DNA of 63,998 bases, filler included, from Barthelona sp. PAP020 (taxonomy: Eukaryota), in the NCBI GenBank assembly GCA_040182905.1. It is 4 parts of 4 records of this genome, joined end to end, with 100 filler letters (N's around TTAATTAATTAA, not from the genome) between each part and the next. Parts side by side here need not be neighbours in the genome. Positions count along the whole stretch, not along the records: positions 17,450 to 34,782 come from JARQWU010000244.1; 3 more parts are not named here. One strand, written 5' to 3'. Within the stretch, counting starts at the first letter, position 1, and the number at the start of each line of letters is the position of its first letter. Both the position numbers and the translations under genes were made by a program. This document shows, piece by piece, positions 21,601 through 31,300 of this stretch. The notes below the pieces were generated by a model. That model searched no databases and had not been told where the DNA came from. It saw nothing but the letters and a program-made list of their open reading frames with translations.

Positions 21601-22045
21601 TATGAAACCCTAAATCAATCGTTTGAATCCGTGATTTACAAAAGAAAGTTTCCAAAACATCTTGTTTTTTGTGTGAATAAAATAAATTTGAATGTAATAT
21701 CATATACTTCAACTTTCCTTTTGTTTCACTATCGACTGTCTCATACATATCAATCATGTCATCAGTAATATTTGTAACACCCTTTAAGATCTGTAATGAA
21801 CCTAAATCACTATCAATTGCAGATAAATTATTCAGACATGCCGTCAAATATTGTAAACTCATATCTGAATCATTATTTCCTTTACATTCTTTTAAAGCTC
21901 TGGCTAAAGCCATAGATATGTAAGATTTATAATGTTCTGTTGTATTAATTCTTTCACATTCTCTCAATTTTTCAACAGCCAATTCTGGATTGGTCATAAT
22001 TAAATTATTCGCTTCATTATATAATTTTCGTACATTTTCTAACAT
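18665..22045 (-). CDS. ESP1: Separase (peptidase C50)
   Basis: LQTIPWES, RVP, YLVNPQGDLIKTENRF, catalytic FLYCGHGSG and LLFGCSS, GNLWEITDLDED. Confidence 0.93.
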   Translation of the reverse strand: MLENVRKLYNEANNLIMTNPELAVEKLRECERINTTEHYKSYISMALARALKECKGNNDSDMSLQYLTACLNNLSAIDSDLGSLQILKGVTNITDDMIDMYETVDSETKGKLKYMILHSNLFYSHKKQDVLETFFCKSRIQTIDLGFHMFQQSFFAGVEDTLSKFFSGKINDVIPCADIVDQKFHRNLFGLNSGETNGLFKAVYSLIMNTFFMQIEYKLPKLKSRSPGNKLKAFIESVAFADFFIRSCQFDLAEEKLLVALGLLCKSQHELHSLQTSKVCCPFVVSGNMLPLISSLVVFRLFIVSIFNGNYVHTKYYHSVILEIADMDNMRGKYIYSIVKELTEQFFNFSIEQEFISMNTTPYLIVTSRILAKTLRTDGDRNDLTKSFNEIFSNFEVLSNLSCIFVILKFKEVFAQRNTLSTSIFLNKESFIFSTLIDQIFIITVIYTYVDWVYRHPNRQPNEKLEKARGLAEIKMQNCIFSNSSLKIPSLLASDLFSCLPHLFQSENEFLFPALWDIGMFMNWTMKIDFKKNDHDDHNMMSMNDGEKLSAVETLNGYNEDVNDLKERRRKGGIQGRKTDDDMVFEFDQDCQGKDRSFASVEDITNDYEEIIQELNRLSPSANVLFINEFAGVVSYCLLNNNRAYSFDDTRLGWSTNKNKLKLVGKALLIQLNSLSKIIEESERDGKDNKNAKQWNEKRCAYNDNLGKKILGLEDIIGWYVIFLLNDFTELPDDIRANMEDIADNMIEYFNSFGNISLNSYDFIVFLIKQLLLAVNTSFIDNLTILKQFFNYLIDVYLPLGDWKVDSVVKHFLKLINPLKEKISSANIKRFPTYLIINEKLQTIPWESFSIVTETKQSLWRVPNLINLVNILKSARNINDTLFYLVNPQGDLIKTENRFKSYFDNDRQKQLIHQNTWKGNCGQISVNMNIYEQLKYNSTFLYCGHGSGHELLQYSKITKKQLGKCKLALLFGCSSLKLRKVGIFESFGPQLDMLNVGFHSLTGNLWEITDLDEDQISMSFMDELYFNDQDLSDALFLSKENNQLKFRNLTSSALVQWGVPLDIMKGVPVQGQNNVDFDTTERNLAQSFDNWEVAPQTPNFSMMKTPSVKHAGLSKIKKPMTMKKKK

Positions 22046-22245
22046 CCTAGATGTTAGATTATGGTCTAAAGTTTTAAAAAAAATAATTAATTTATTTATT
22101 CATTCTTCTTTCTTTTTAAATGGTTTTATTTTTTCAATATTATAATAATATTGCAAAAAATCTTTTTTATTACAGAGATCTCTGAAAATTTAAAAAAAAT
22201 TTGATAGATTTACCTATATTTCTTTGAATTGTTTAATGAATCCCA

Positions 22246-25200
22246 ATGCTTTTCAAACGATGGATAATTATCTTATTTATTGTTTTTTATTGTTCTTGTT
22301 ACAATAATTACATCGAAATTGAACAACTATCGACAAATATTCTTTTTGATCCCAATAGGACATATAAAATTTTATTAAATGAAAAAATTTCTCATAATTG
22401 CAAAATTAAATTTGAATTATGTGAACAGTTAATACAAGATAGAATGTTCTTTCCATTTTTCAATGATATTACTGGAAACATTGAAATTTTATCAAATGAT
22501 GGCAAAATAATTTCAAAAGGCGAAAAAGTATTTAATATTACTGATGAAATGAATAGTTTCAGGTTGAATATATCAAATATTGAAGGAAATGGGAATATTT
22601 TTTTGGTTTCTGTCGATTATAGTGATGAGAAAAATAGTTTTGTAAATAGTTCTTATGTAAGTAATTTTGCAATTGTCCCAAAACAATATTCAGAAACAAT
22701 CACACTTCAAATTGCAAATAAGGATGCCATAATTTTAGTGTTTCAGCATTGTTTCAAAATAACGAGCTTAATTGGAAGAAGATGGGAAATATTTGAAACC
22801 TTTCAAAAAATTATTCCATCCAATGACGTTTTTGAGTATGACTTTTTTTTAGATAAAGAACAGGAAGAAAAAGAACCTGAGGAATGTGTTTTCATAATGT
22901 TTGTTGATCAATTACAAAAGAAGACTGTTCAAAAAGAAACATTGATGAATTCTGCTGAAGTTTTAGTTTCTCCTGTTGAAATGATCATTGAGATTAATAA
23001 TATTTCCAATGATAACAACTTGCATGATATTGATGATTCAAAATTGACTTTTAGAATTAAACATGATATTTCGAGTGCTTACTTAAGTGTTTTTGCTTGT
23101 TTTTGCTTGTCTTCGGATGATTTGATTGAAAATAGAAGTAATTTTTTGCTACCATGGATTTTAGACACATCTAAATGTAAAAAATTTTTTTTGATGAAAA
23201 CCAATGAAACCTTGATTGTGAATGAATTTCCAATTGTACCATTCTTATGGAAAGCAAGTTCTGAAAATAAACTTATAATTTCTCATTTGAAATTAAATGA
23301 GGATAATATGGTAATACCAGTATTTTCTGAAGGAATTGGCAATAATCTTTCCATTTTACTCTGTGATGAAACTGTCAGTAATGACATGGCATATTCATTT
23401 AAAACACCATATTCCATACCTTTTGCAATTGATTTGGACTATAGGATGTCAATTGAGTCAAATGATGAAAAAAAGATTTTGATAACTACCATTAATAAAA
23501 CCAAAGGCTTTTCATATCTATTTTATGATGAGGATGGAGAAGAAGAAAAATTGGACCCTTTTTGGAATGTCAATGAAAATTTTGTGAAATTTTCTAACGA
23601 TCATGGTTTTCCAAGTTTATTGCGCCTTAATGAATTTCCCAATGTTTCTAATTTTTTTTCCACAAATGTTCAAAATTTTGCAACCACAATCTATCTCCCT
23701 TCAAACTTTTTATCTGAAAATTCAATATCTATGGAGAATGCATCATTATATTTTTCAATTACTGTAGAAGATGAAGGATGTGTTTCCATGTTTAACAATG
23801 ATGATGTGCTTGTGGAGAACATTTGTGGCATCAAAAATTTTAACACGACAAATGTTTTTACACTTAGAAATTATCATGATGATACAGCTTATATTAAAGT
23901 TTTTAATTGTGTTTCCATGTTTACTCAAGCAAATATGACTTGGGATGCTTTAGATATGATTCAAAGAACAGGGGAGGTGGATTATCTTCCAAAGGTATAC
24001 ACAATTCAAGTCAAACCTAACTATACAAACAGAGTCGCTACAAAGCAATTTTTAGTTGCAAAAATACCAAAAAAAGATGTGAATACAGAGATTTTCAATT
24101 TGGAGGTATTCTTTCCATATTATCGATGGGACACACAAAATCTCAAATTAATGATCAGTTCAAGAGATAGTCATAAGATTAATTTCAATGTAACTGTCAT
24201 TGAAAAAGGTGCAACTCATCATCATGTTACAACTGCAGTCGATTTTATTGTCGATGCGGTCTTGCCTTGTATTATTCAAGTTCAATTTAAAAAAGATTCA
24301 TTTACAAATCAAGAGGGTTTATCGAGACATTCTATTTTATTGGAAGATGATTACAAACTGGTATCCTTTAATTTTTTCAACCAAATTTTTCAAGTGAATA
24401 GCTACCTATGCAATATAACAAAACCTTTCTCTTTAAAATATTCGACCGAGGATTCAGGCACAACTTTATATCGAAGAAAAGTCATTCTATATAGTACATG
24501 TCCTATTGGGTTGGTAGAAATTGCTGATGTTGTTCGATCATTTCTAGGATTGATTGGTGAGTCACATGGTGTTGGAATCTATGTATTTCAATTTGATTCG
24601 TTCAAAGAACATATATACTCCATAGATGTTGATAATAGTCACAGCAAGGAGTGTTATGAAGCCCAAATTGAATATGATCCCAAAGAAGTTACCGAAGCCT
24701 ATGATATCTATTCCCTTAACGATGACAATTTTGATTTCATGATCAATGAAAATTATCTTTTTTTCAAAGAAATGGAAAAAGAGTTTATTATCGAGATGTA
24801 TGATTTATTTTCAATGCATGAGGGCTATGAGATTTGTGTATCAGATGATGAATACTGTTTAGATTTAGTTGTTACCTTTCTAACGTATGAAAATGACGAA
24901 CTATCATTTAATGGACAACAAGGAAAAATTTTTGATGACGGTGTTATAATTCCTTTTGAGCAAAATTGGTTAAAGATTATTGGAAAGGCCAAACGCTTGT
25001 TCTTTTCCAATAGCGAACGAGTAAATACAAAATGGGTCATTGATCCTTATGTATCAACTATTATTACCAACTCATATGATGCATTGATATTTGAAGCGTT
25101 GGAAAAGATTAGAAATGTCCTAATCGATTATGACTTTACAGAGGAAACAGTTCTTTCTTTCTCACAGAATAACAGATTGGGGATTTCGATCGGTTCAATT

Positions 25201-27933
25201 TTTATTATCAGGGAAACCCCAACAAAAGATTATATTATGCAGCATCATACGTTAAATTCTGTTGATACCAAAGAAATATTTGATTTTCAGTTGGCTATTC
25301 GATTAAAAGCGGGCAAATATCGTGTTATTTTAAGCAACTTTTTGTACTTCAGTGATTTCAAGATGATTGTTCGAAAATACCCCTTTAATAGTTGCGATGT
25401 TGCTGCCACAACCAAAAGAGTTAATGCCAATTGTGCTTTTAATGTTTTTTATGATAATGTGTGCATATATGATGAAAAAATTGATGCAGAAAGAGAATTA
25501 TTGACTGAAGAATATGTGTTTGCGGAGAAGTTAGATCATATAAAATTAAACAAAGATATGATACAAACAATCTCTTTGAAGGACCCTCACAAAAAAATTG
25601 ATTTGACGTTTTCCGTTTCAATAAATGAAGTTGACAGTCGAAATTCTTTGTGTGATCCAAAAATCATTTTCCGAAATGGCAATGAATTGAATATCAACAT
25701 AACTCAATTGGTAAAGAATAGTAGTGTGCAAGAAAAGAGTTTTCGTTTTGTTTTAACTGTGAGGAATGGTGAAAATAACTTCAAAATGACTTTCCCAAAA
25801 AATAGCTGTGTTCAGAGTGTTCACAAAGCACACAATAGAAATTTTATGAATTTGAATTTTCACAAACATCTAATGTTAGAGCCCATAGAAACACCAACAT
25901 TTCAATATCTAAGTTTTACAATGGTTTGTTATGATGATGAAAGTCTTGTTACAAATATCAATTGTTTTAATGAGCTGTCTTTATTGCAGTTGCTTTTCTC
26001 TAATATTGACTCAATCGTGGTCTTATACGATTTTAGTTATGGCGAAGATAGTTTTGAACCGTTCAGGCTTGAAAATTATGACTATTATTTATTTTCAATT
26101 CCAAGTTTTGAAAAAGGACATCATTTACACGTGGCGCCGGAAGAATATGTGAACTTCAACTTGCTGATGTTCAATAGCTCAAGTGTCATGCATGACGTCA
26201 CCCATAAAGGAATTTTTAATCTGGTGGCAAAGGAGAACTATGAGGGTGAAATCAAAATGTTCGTTAGAATCGAAGCAGGAAAGAAAATTCACGTCGCATA
26301 TCTTCCTTTGGATAGTTCAGTTTCCACTGAACAACTTTCAATTATAAATGTTGGAGATCCAAACATTGATGGAAATAATATTCTTTTACCCGCTTTTGAT
26401 CTTGAGATTAAGGGGGATAATGTTATTCACAGATTTGAATATCGTCTTCCAGAATTTTTGACTGAATTGTGTGAGATACATTTGCACAACAAGATGGATG
26501 GTAGTTCCGTTTTACTATCTCCTTCTATTATGACAAATACTTTTTTCACATTTGAAAAGTTTGAATATTCTTTGAGTAGTTCACCTATTAATTCTTTGAT
26601 AGAAGGCTATGGGTTTTGGTATTTTGAAAGATTTCCCACACCAATCAAAATAAACGATCACAATGTTTCTATTAGTATAAATGACAGTGATTTCATGGAA
26701 TTAACAAGCCCTTCTGCATCTATCACCTTTAATTTCAACGTGTCATTTAAATTGTATGCGATTGTGATGATGAATTTCACACAATTAGATATAGTAAATG
26801 ATCATATAAGTGCTAATTTTAAGAATGATAATAGGTTGTCTGTTTTTTTTATTTTTCCCCAAATAGACTTGTTTGGGAACTGGATTTTATCTGGCGTTAT
26901 TCAAAAGCAAAGCGACGAAAATTGTTCATTGTTTTTGGATGACCAATATGCTAATATTGAACAGTACCTTTTTGATGAAGTTTTATTTGTTAGCACTAAA
27001 ATTGAAAACATCGGTTTAACGTTTATCCACTTTCCTGTATTTGGGTACTTGATATATTTGAATTTGCGTATAACTATTTTTATCAACCCAAACACAGTCA
27101 CTTTGGACTCATCATTTTTTGACTCAAAACTCAGTGCAATGAATATGTTTTATGGTAATGTTTTAGAAAAGACTTCTGTTGACCATTTTCACATGTCTTT
27201 TTGTGATCAAAATTTCATGTATCCTCACACTAGCGCTAACTCAAAAAGTCATCTCAATAACAACACAGTTGGACCTTTAGAAAGTTATTACCCTGACACA
27301 ACAAACACAATTTTTGTTTCATTTGTTGAAAAGAGGAGCTATTTTGTTCAAATCAGCATTAGAAAAAGTGATTCATTTGATTCAAATGAGTTCAAATCAC
27401 TTGAAACCACCATATATTTCCATGATAAAGAGTTAACGACAATAGAATCCATTTACGAAAAAGAATCCCAAATAAAATCATCGTATTCATTGAGATTCTA
27501 TTTTCCTGCAGAAGCAAATATCAAAAATGTCAAATTTTATGCCAAAGATAAAGATAAATCATTTTCAGTATTTGTTCAGCCAATATTCGACAAACTTTTT
27601 GTGGCTTTTGAAAACTACTACATTTTCAAATCTTCAATTGGGAATTATTATTTAAATGCATGTAATTTTGAAATTCAATCAGAAATCTGTGGCAATAATG
27701 TCAGTCCAATTGAAACAGGCATTTCAAACATGCAAAAGTTTGGGATTATTTTATCTGTAGTTATTGTTATAACTGTTGTCATTATTTTTGTGTTATTTTT
27801 GAGAAATAAAGAGTTGTTTGACCCACTTGAAAAACATTTTGAATTACTGCAAATTGATAATAATGATGAAGAAACTAAAATTCACAACAACAATGTTTTT
27901 TATGATGATGATGAAAACATTTTTATTCAATAG
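22246..27933 (+). CDS. Large (1895 aa) type I membrane/surface protein, no recognisable domain
   Basis: Uninterrupted ORF; N-terminal signal peptide, beta-strand-like ectodomain with many NxS/T sites, one C-terminal TM (FGIILSVVIVITVVIIFVLFL) and a short acidic tail. Confidence 0.8.
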   Translation: MLFKRWIIILFIVFYCSCYNNYIEIEQLSTNILFDPNRTYKILLNEKISHNCKIKFELCEQLIQDRMFFPFFNDITGNIEILSNDGKIISKGEKVFNITDEMNSFRLNISNIEGNGNIFLVSVDYSDEKNSFVNSSYVSNFAIVPKQYSETITLQIANKDAIILVFQHCFKITSLIGRRWEIFETFQKIIPSNDVFEYDFFLDKEQEEKEPEECVFIMFVDQLQKKTVQKETLMNSAEVLVSPVEMIIEINNISNDNNLHDIDDSKLTFRIKHDISSAYLSVFACFCLSSDDLIENRSNFLLPWILDTSKCKKFFLMKTNETLIVNEFPIVPFLWKASSENKLIISHLKLNEDNMVIPVFSEGIGNNLSILLCDETVSNDMAYSFKTPYSIPFAIDLDYRMSIESNDEKKILITTINKTKGFSYLFYDEDGEEEKLDPFWNVNENFVKFSNDHGFPSLLRLNEFPNVSNFFSTNVQNFATTIYLPSNFLSENSISMENASLYFSITVEDEGCVSMFNNDDVLVENICGIKNFNTTNVFTLRNYHDDTAYIKVFNCVSMFTQANMTWDALDMIQRTGEVDYLPKVYTIQVKPNYTNRVATKQFLVAKIPKKDVNTEIFNLEVFFPYYRWDTQNLKLMISSRDSHKINFNVTVIEKGATHHHVTTAVDFIVDAVLPCIIQVQFKKDSFTNQEGLSRHSILLEDDYKLVSFNFFNQIFQVNSYLCNITKPFSLKYSTEDSGTTLYRRKVILYSTCPIGLVEIADVVRSFLGLIGESHGVGIYVFQFDSFKEHIYSIDVDNSHSKECYEAQIEYDPKEVTEAYDIYSLNDDNFDFMINENYLFFKEMEKEFIIEMYDLFSMHEGYEICVSDDEYCLDLVVTFLTYENDELSFNGQQGKIFDDGVIIPFEQNWLKIIGKAKRLFFSNSERVNTKWVIDPYVSTIITNSYDALIFEALEKIRNVLIDYDFTEETVLSFSQNNRLGISIGSIFIIRETPTKDYIMQHHTLNSVDTKEIFDFQLAIRLKAGKYRVILSNFLYFSDFKMIVRKYPFNSCDVAATTKRVNANCAFNVFYDNVCIYDEKIDAERELLTEEYVFAEKLDHIKLNKDMIQTISLKDPHKKIDLTFSVSINEVDSRNSLCDPKIIFRNGNELNINITQLVKNSSVQEKSFRFVLTVRNGENNFKMTFPKNSCVQSVHKAHNRNFMNLNFHKHLMLEPIETPTFQYLSFTMVCYDDESLVTNINCFNELSLLQLLFSNIDSIVVLYDFSYGEDSFEPFRLENYDYYLFSIPSFEKGHHLHVAPEEYVNFNLLMFNSSSVMHDVTHKGIFNLVAKENYEGEIKMFVRIEAGKKIHVAYLPLDSSVSTEQLSIINVGDPNIDGNNILLPAFDLEIKGDNVIHRFEYRLPEFLTELCEIHLHNKMDGSSVLLSPSIMTNTFFTFEKFEYSLSSSPINSLIEGYGFWYFERFPTPIKINDHNVSISINDSDFMELTSPSASITFNFNVSFKLYAIVMMNFTQLDIVNDHISANFKNDNRLSVFFIFPQIDLFGNWILSGVIQKQSDENCSLFLDDQYANIEQYLFDEVLFVSTKIENIGLTFIHFPVFGYLIYLNLRITIFINPNTVTLDSSFFDSKLSAMNMFYGNVLEKTSVDHFHMSFCDQNFMYPHTSANSKSHLNNNTVGPLESYYPDTTNTIFVSFVEKRSYFVQISIRKSDSFDSNEFKSLETTIYFHDKELTTIESIYEKESQIKSSYSLRFYFPAEANIKNVKFYAKDKDKSFSVFVQPIFDKLFVAFENYYIFKSSIGNYYLNACNFEIQSEICGNNVSPIETGISNMQKFGIILSVVIVITVVIIFVLFLRNKELFDPLEKHFELLQIDNNDEETKIHNNNVFYDDDENIFIQ

Positions 27934-28364
27934 GTCAATTTTTCAATCAATGATAAATATTTTTTTTTATTTTTTCTTGTATCAATCTAAAAATAGAATT
28001 TTTCAAACACAAATCAAATCAAAATAATAGAGTTATTGAAAAACACGGCAAAAATGCAAAACAGACAATTCATAAAATAAATCAAGAAATTTTATTCATT
28101 ATCATTTTTTTTTTTTTCAAGACATTATTTCAACTTAAAACAGTTAAAATGGTTCCTCGGTTACATGTCTGCACATATGCTTACATAGTGAAAAATTAAA
28201 CAACATAATTTTCGGTTTTATGAGAATCTGAAATTTTTTTTTTTTTTGAACCATGCAAAATAATTGTTAAACACTTATTTTCCTTATTCCGAAAAAAAAA
28301 ACAAAATTTCTTTTTTTCAATCAGAGATAAAAATAAAAATATTATTCTTCATTTTTCATTTAAA

Positions 28365-31300
28365 ATGTTTTTTAAAAGTAACTGCATATTGGTGTGGTTT
28401 ATTGTGTTTTTAACGTGTTATGGAACAGTGACACATAAAAAATACAATTATATGAAAAACTATTTGAAAGATAGTCCAAATTCTGAGGTGTTTAATGCTT
28501 TAAACAATGAAGGATTATTTACGTTGAAAAAAACTGGATCTTTTAACATTTCTTATTATCCAAAAAGTGCTGCATCAGAAAAATTTGGATATTTTTATAT
28601 TAATCCAAACAACAATAGTCAAAGAACTAAAGTAGAAGTATTTTCAAAGTTACCAAAAGATGATTCTTTTAAAACTGTGGGGCCTTTTGTCAAAGATACC
28701 ATTATTGGTTTTTATGTTGACATTCCATATCAATGCACTGACCCTAATTCTAAAAACAAAAAGATTACATGTTATGAGACTTTTTATACCGATAGAACAT
28801 CCAACACATATAGTACTCCTTTCTTTGCCATTTTACAAGATTTTTATAATAATGACATTTTATATATGGGTCTTGGTAAAGAATCTCATCGCACAAAACT
28901 TCTGAAGCTATGCAAAGATGGTTTTAATGCGAATAGTTTTGCAAAACAATTTAGTTTGTCTGGTCAATTCATTATTGATTTTGATACCGATACTTTAGAA
29001 AGATATGGCCATACCACTGTTGATGGATATCCAGTTGAAAGTTGTGATCCACTTGTTGGAACTAAATACTATCGTGAAATGGATGATGCATTGATGAAAA
29101 GAATTAAAAAAGCAATGCCAAGCAATAAGAAAGTTAATCCTTTATTTATTGATCCTACTAAGGACGCTAATATCCACTTTTTAACTGAAGGATATGTTAA
29201 TTTCACTTTTCTTTATGAAGGAGCTGGATATAAGAATCAAGTTGGTTACTTTACTTATGATCCTGAAACTTTTGAGATTAAGGAGGAAAGAATCATATTT
29301 GGAGATACTTCTTTCAGGACAGATTGTTTAAAGACTGGTGATTCAAGTCGTTTTGGACCATTCCCTGCAGGAACAAACATGGGTTTTTTCATTCGTAGTA
29401 ATGGTGCGAGCAATCCTTACAATTATAAGTATTATAGTTTACAAAGAGGACCAATAATTAATCCCGATAAGAAACATCACGTTGCTATTTTTAAGGATAA
29501 TGAAACTGGTACAATTGTAACTGGATTTGAAGATTTATACAATCAAGGAGATGGTGATTTTGAGGATGTCGTGTTTACTGTTCATACGGAAGCAAGTATT
29601 GATACCGGAAATACTGTTGAGATTGATGGAGATGGTGAAACTATTGATAAGCCAGATATTACCTCAACTGTCACAAATGGTACTACTGAATTTGCTTCTG
29701 GTGATAATTCTTCACCGGATCGTGTTGATTCTAGTTCCATGGATGGAGATTATACAGTTCCCAGTGGATGGGATATTGCTGGTGCTGATAATGCAACAAT
29801 AGACGTTATTATTTCTAAACCTTGGGGTTGTCATTGTATGATTTTGAGCGATTTGAATTGTTATTCGACTCAAAATGGTACTGTTTTGGGAAAGAACAAG
29901 AATCCCATTGTGATTGATAGTAACAACAACAAAACCATTATTATTCACTTGGATAATGAAAATGTTACAAAAAAAATTCTTGTATCAAAGGATTTAAACA
30001 TGACAGCTTATAACAAGACCAAATCAAATGATGTAAGCACAAGTTGTATGTCATGTTGTATTACTCATTATGTTGTACCTTCTGGAGATGGTATTTTCAA
30101 ATTTTGGGGTTATGAATATGCGGTTCTTGATGGAACTGCTTACAATAAAGGAGTTGTATCTGATTGTGAATTGAAAATAAATCCTCCATTGCAAATTCCA
30201 CAAGGCTGGGAATTAGCTGTTTATGATGAAGTGACTAAGATTGTCCTAAGTCAAACAGATGTCATATTTGGTATTAATTATGTTGTTACCAAGGAAGGGT
30301 ATAAAATATCAACTCTTACTGGGGAAAAAGTTTCGACTTGCACTGGACATTTGATTGAATTTAATTTCTCAAAGAAACGTTATATGGCATCAGATAAACG
30401 AATTCGTGTATTACTTAGACGTGGTACATTCCAAGGAGATATTACTCCAGACCAACCTAATATTGAAATCAAAACTGAAAATGATACATATGCTGCATTA
30501 GATGGTGATGATCTTTTCACAAGTGTTTGTCAAGATGTGCCTTTTGGAGTTCCTGTTAATTATTCTATTGCTATTTATAATGAAACAACAATTAACCTTA
30601 TGAAGAAAGGAACTTTTGGTACTAGTTGTTTGTTCTTTGCTGATAAGAAATCTCGCAGATATGTTCCTAATTTAAGAGATTCTTCTGCAAGTATTGTGGA
30701 TTGTGACAATGAACTAATTGAGACTGTTATTTCAAATGTGACATTTTACAGTCCTTTAAGATGTCCTGCACGTGTTTTGATGATAAAGAAAAGACCCCCT
30801 AAACCTGCTCCAGTGATTGTTCCTGAAGTAAAAGTTGAACCTCCTAAATTTGATATGGATGTTGAAGGAAGACATGGATATGTAGCTGATAGAATTAAAA
30901 CTTTTGAAGGCGGTTATTATGATGTTGAAGCTGGAAATTATACTTTGCTAAAATTTGATTTTGGAATCATTAATGCAAGAATTGAGAATATCATTGGAAT
31001 GACTGGAATTGAATTTACCTTGAAATTTGGTGATGTGGAATATAATGTAACAGTTGAAGGTTTGATCAATCATACTACAAATGCATTACCACGTATTAAG
31101 GTAAATGGTACAGTTATCACTTCATTTGAATCTAATTACATGAATATCTCTTGCAATGGAAAGCTACATGACATTGGATATCCAAATATTGTTGAAGCTT
31201 CTTCAAAGAATGATTTCTCAATCACCATTGAGACTAAATTTGGCGTTACAATTGTCATTGGAGCATGGGATTATCAACAAGTAATGTACCTTGATGAAAT

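Noticed and set aside
12286..22045. Kleisin and separase (substrate and protease) within 10 kb as a functional cluster
   Set aside because: Separated by unrelated genes and an assembly spacer; proximity is plausible by chance in a gene-dense genome.
22047..22110. Branch-point plus acceptor-like CTAACATCTAG directly before the separase ATG
   Set aside because: No GT donor within the usual 34-67 nt upstream, so no intron can be supported; could be checked by RNA-seq.
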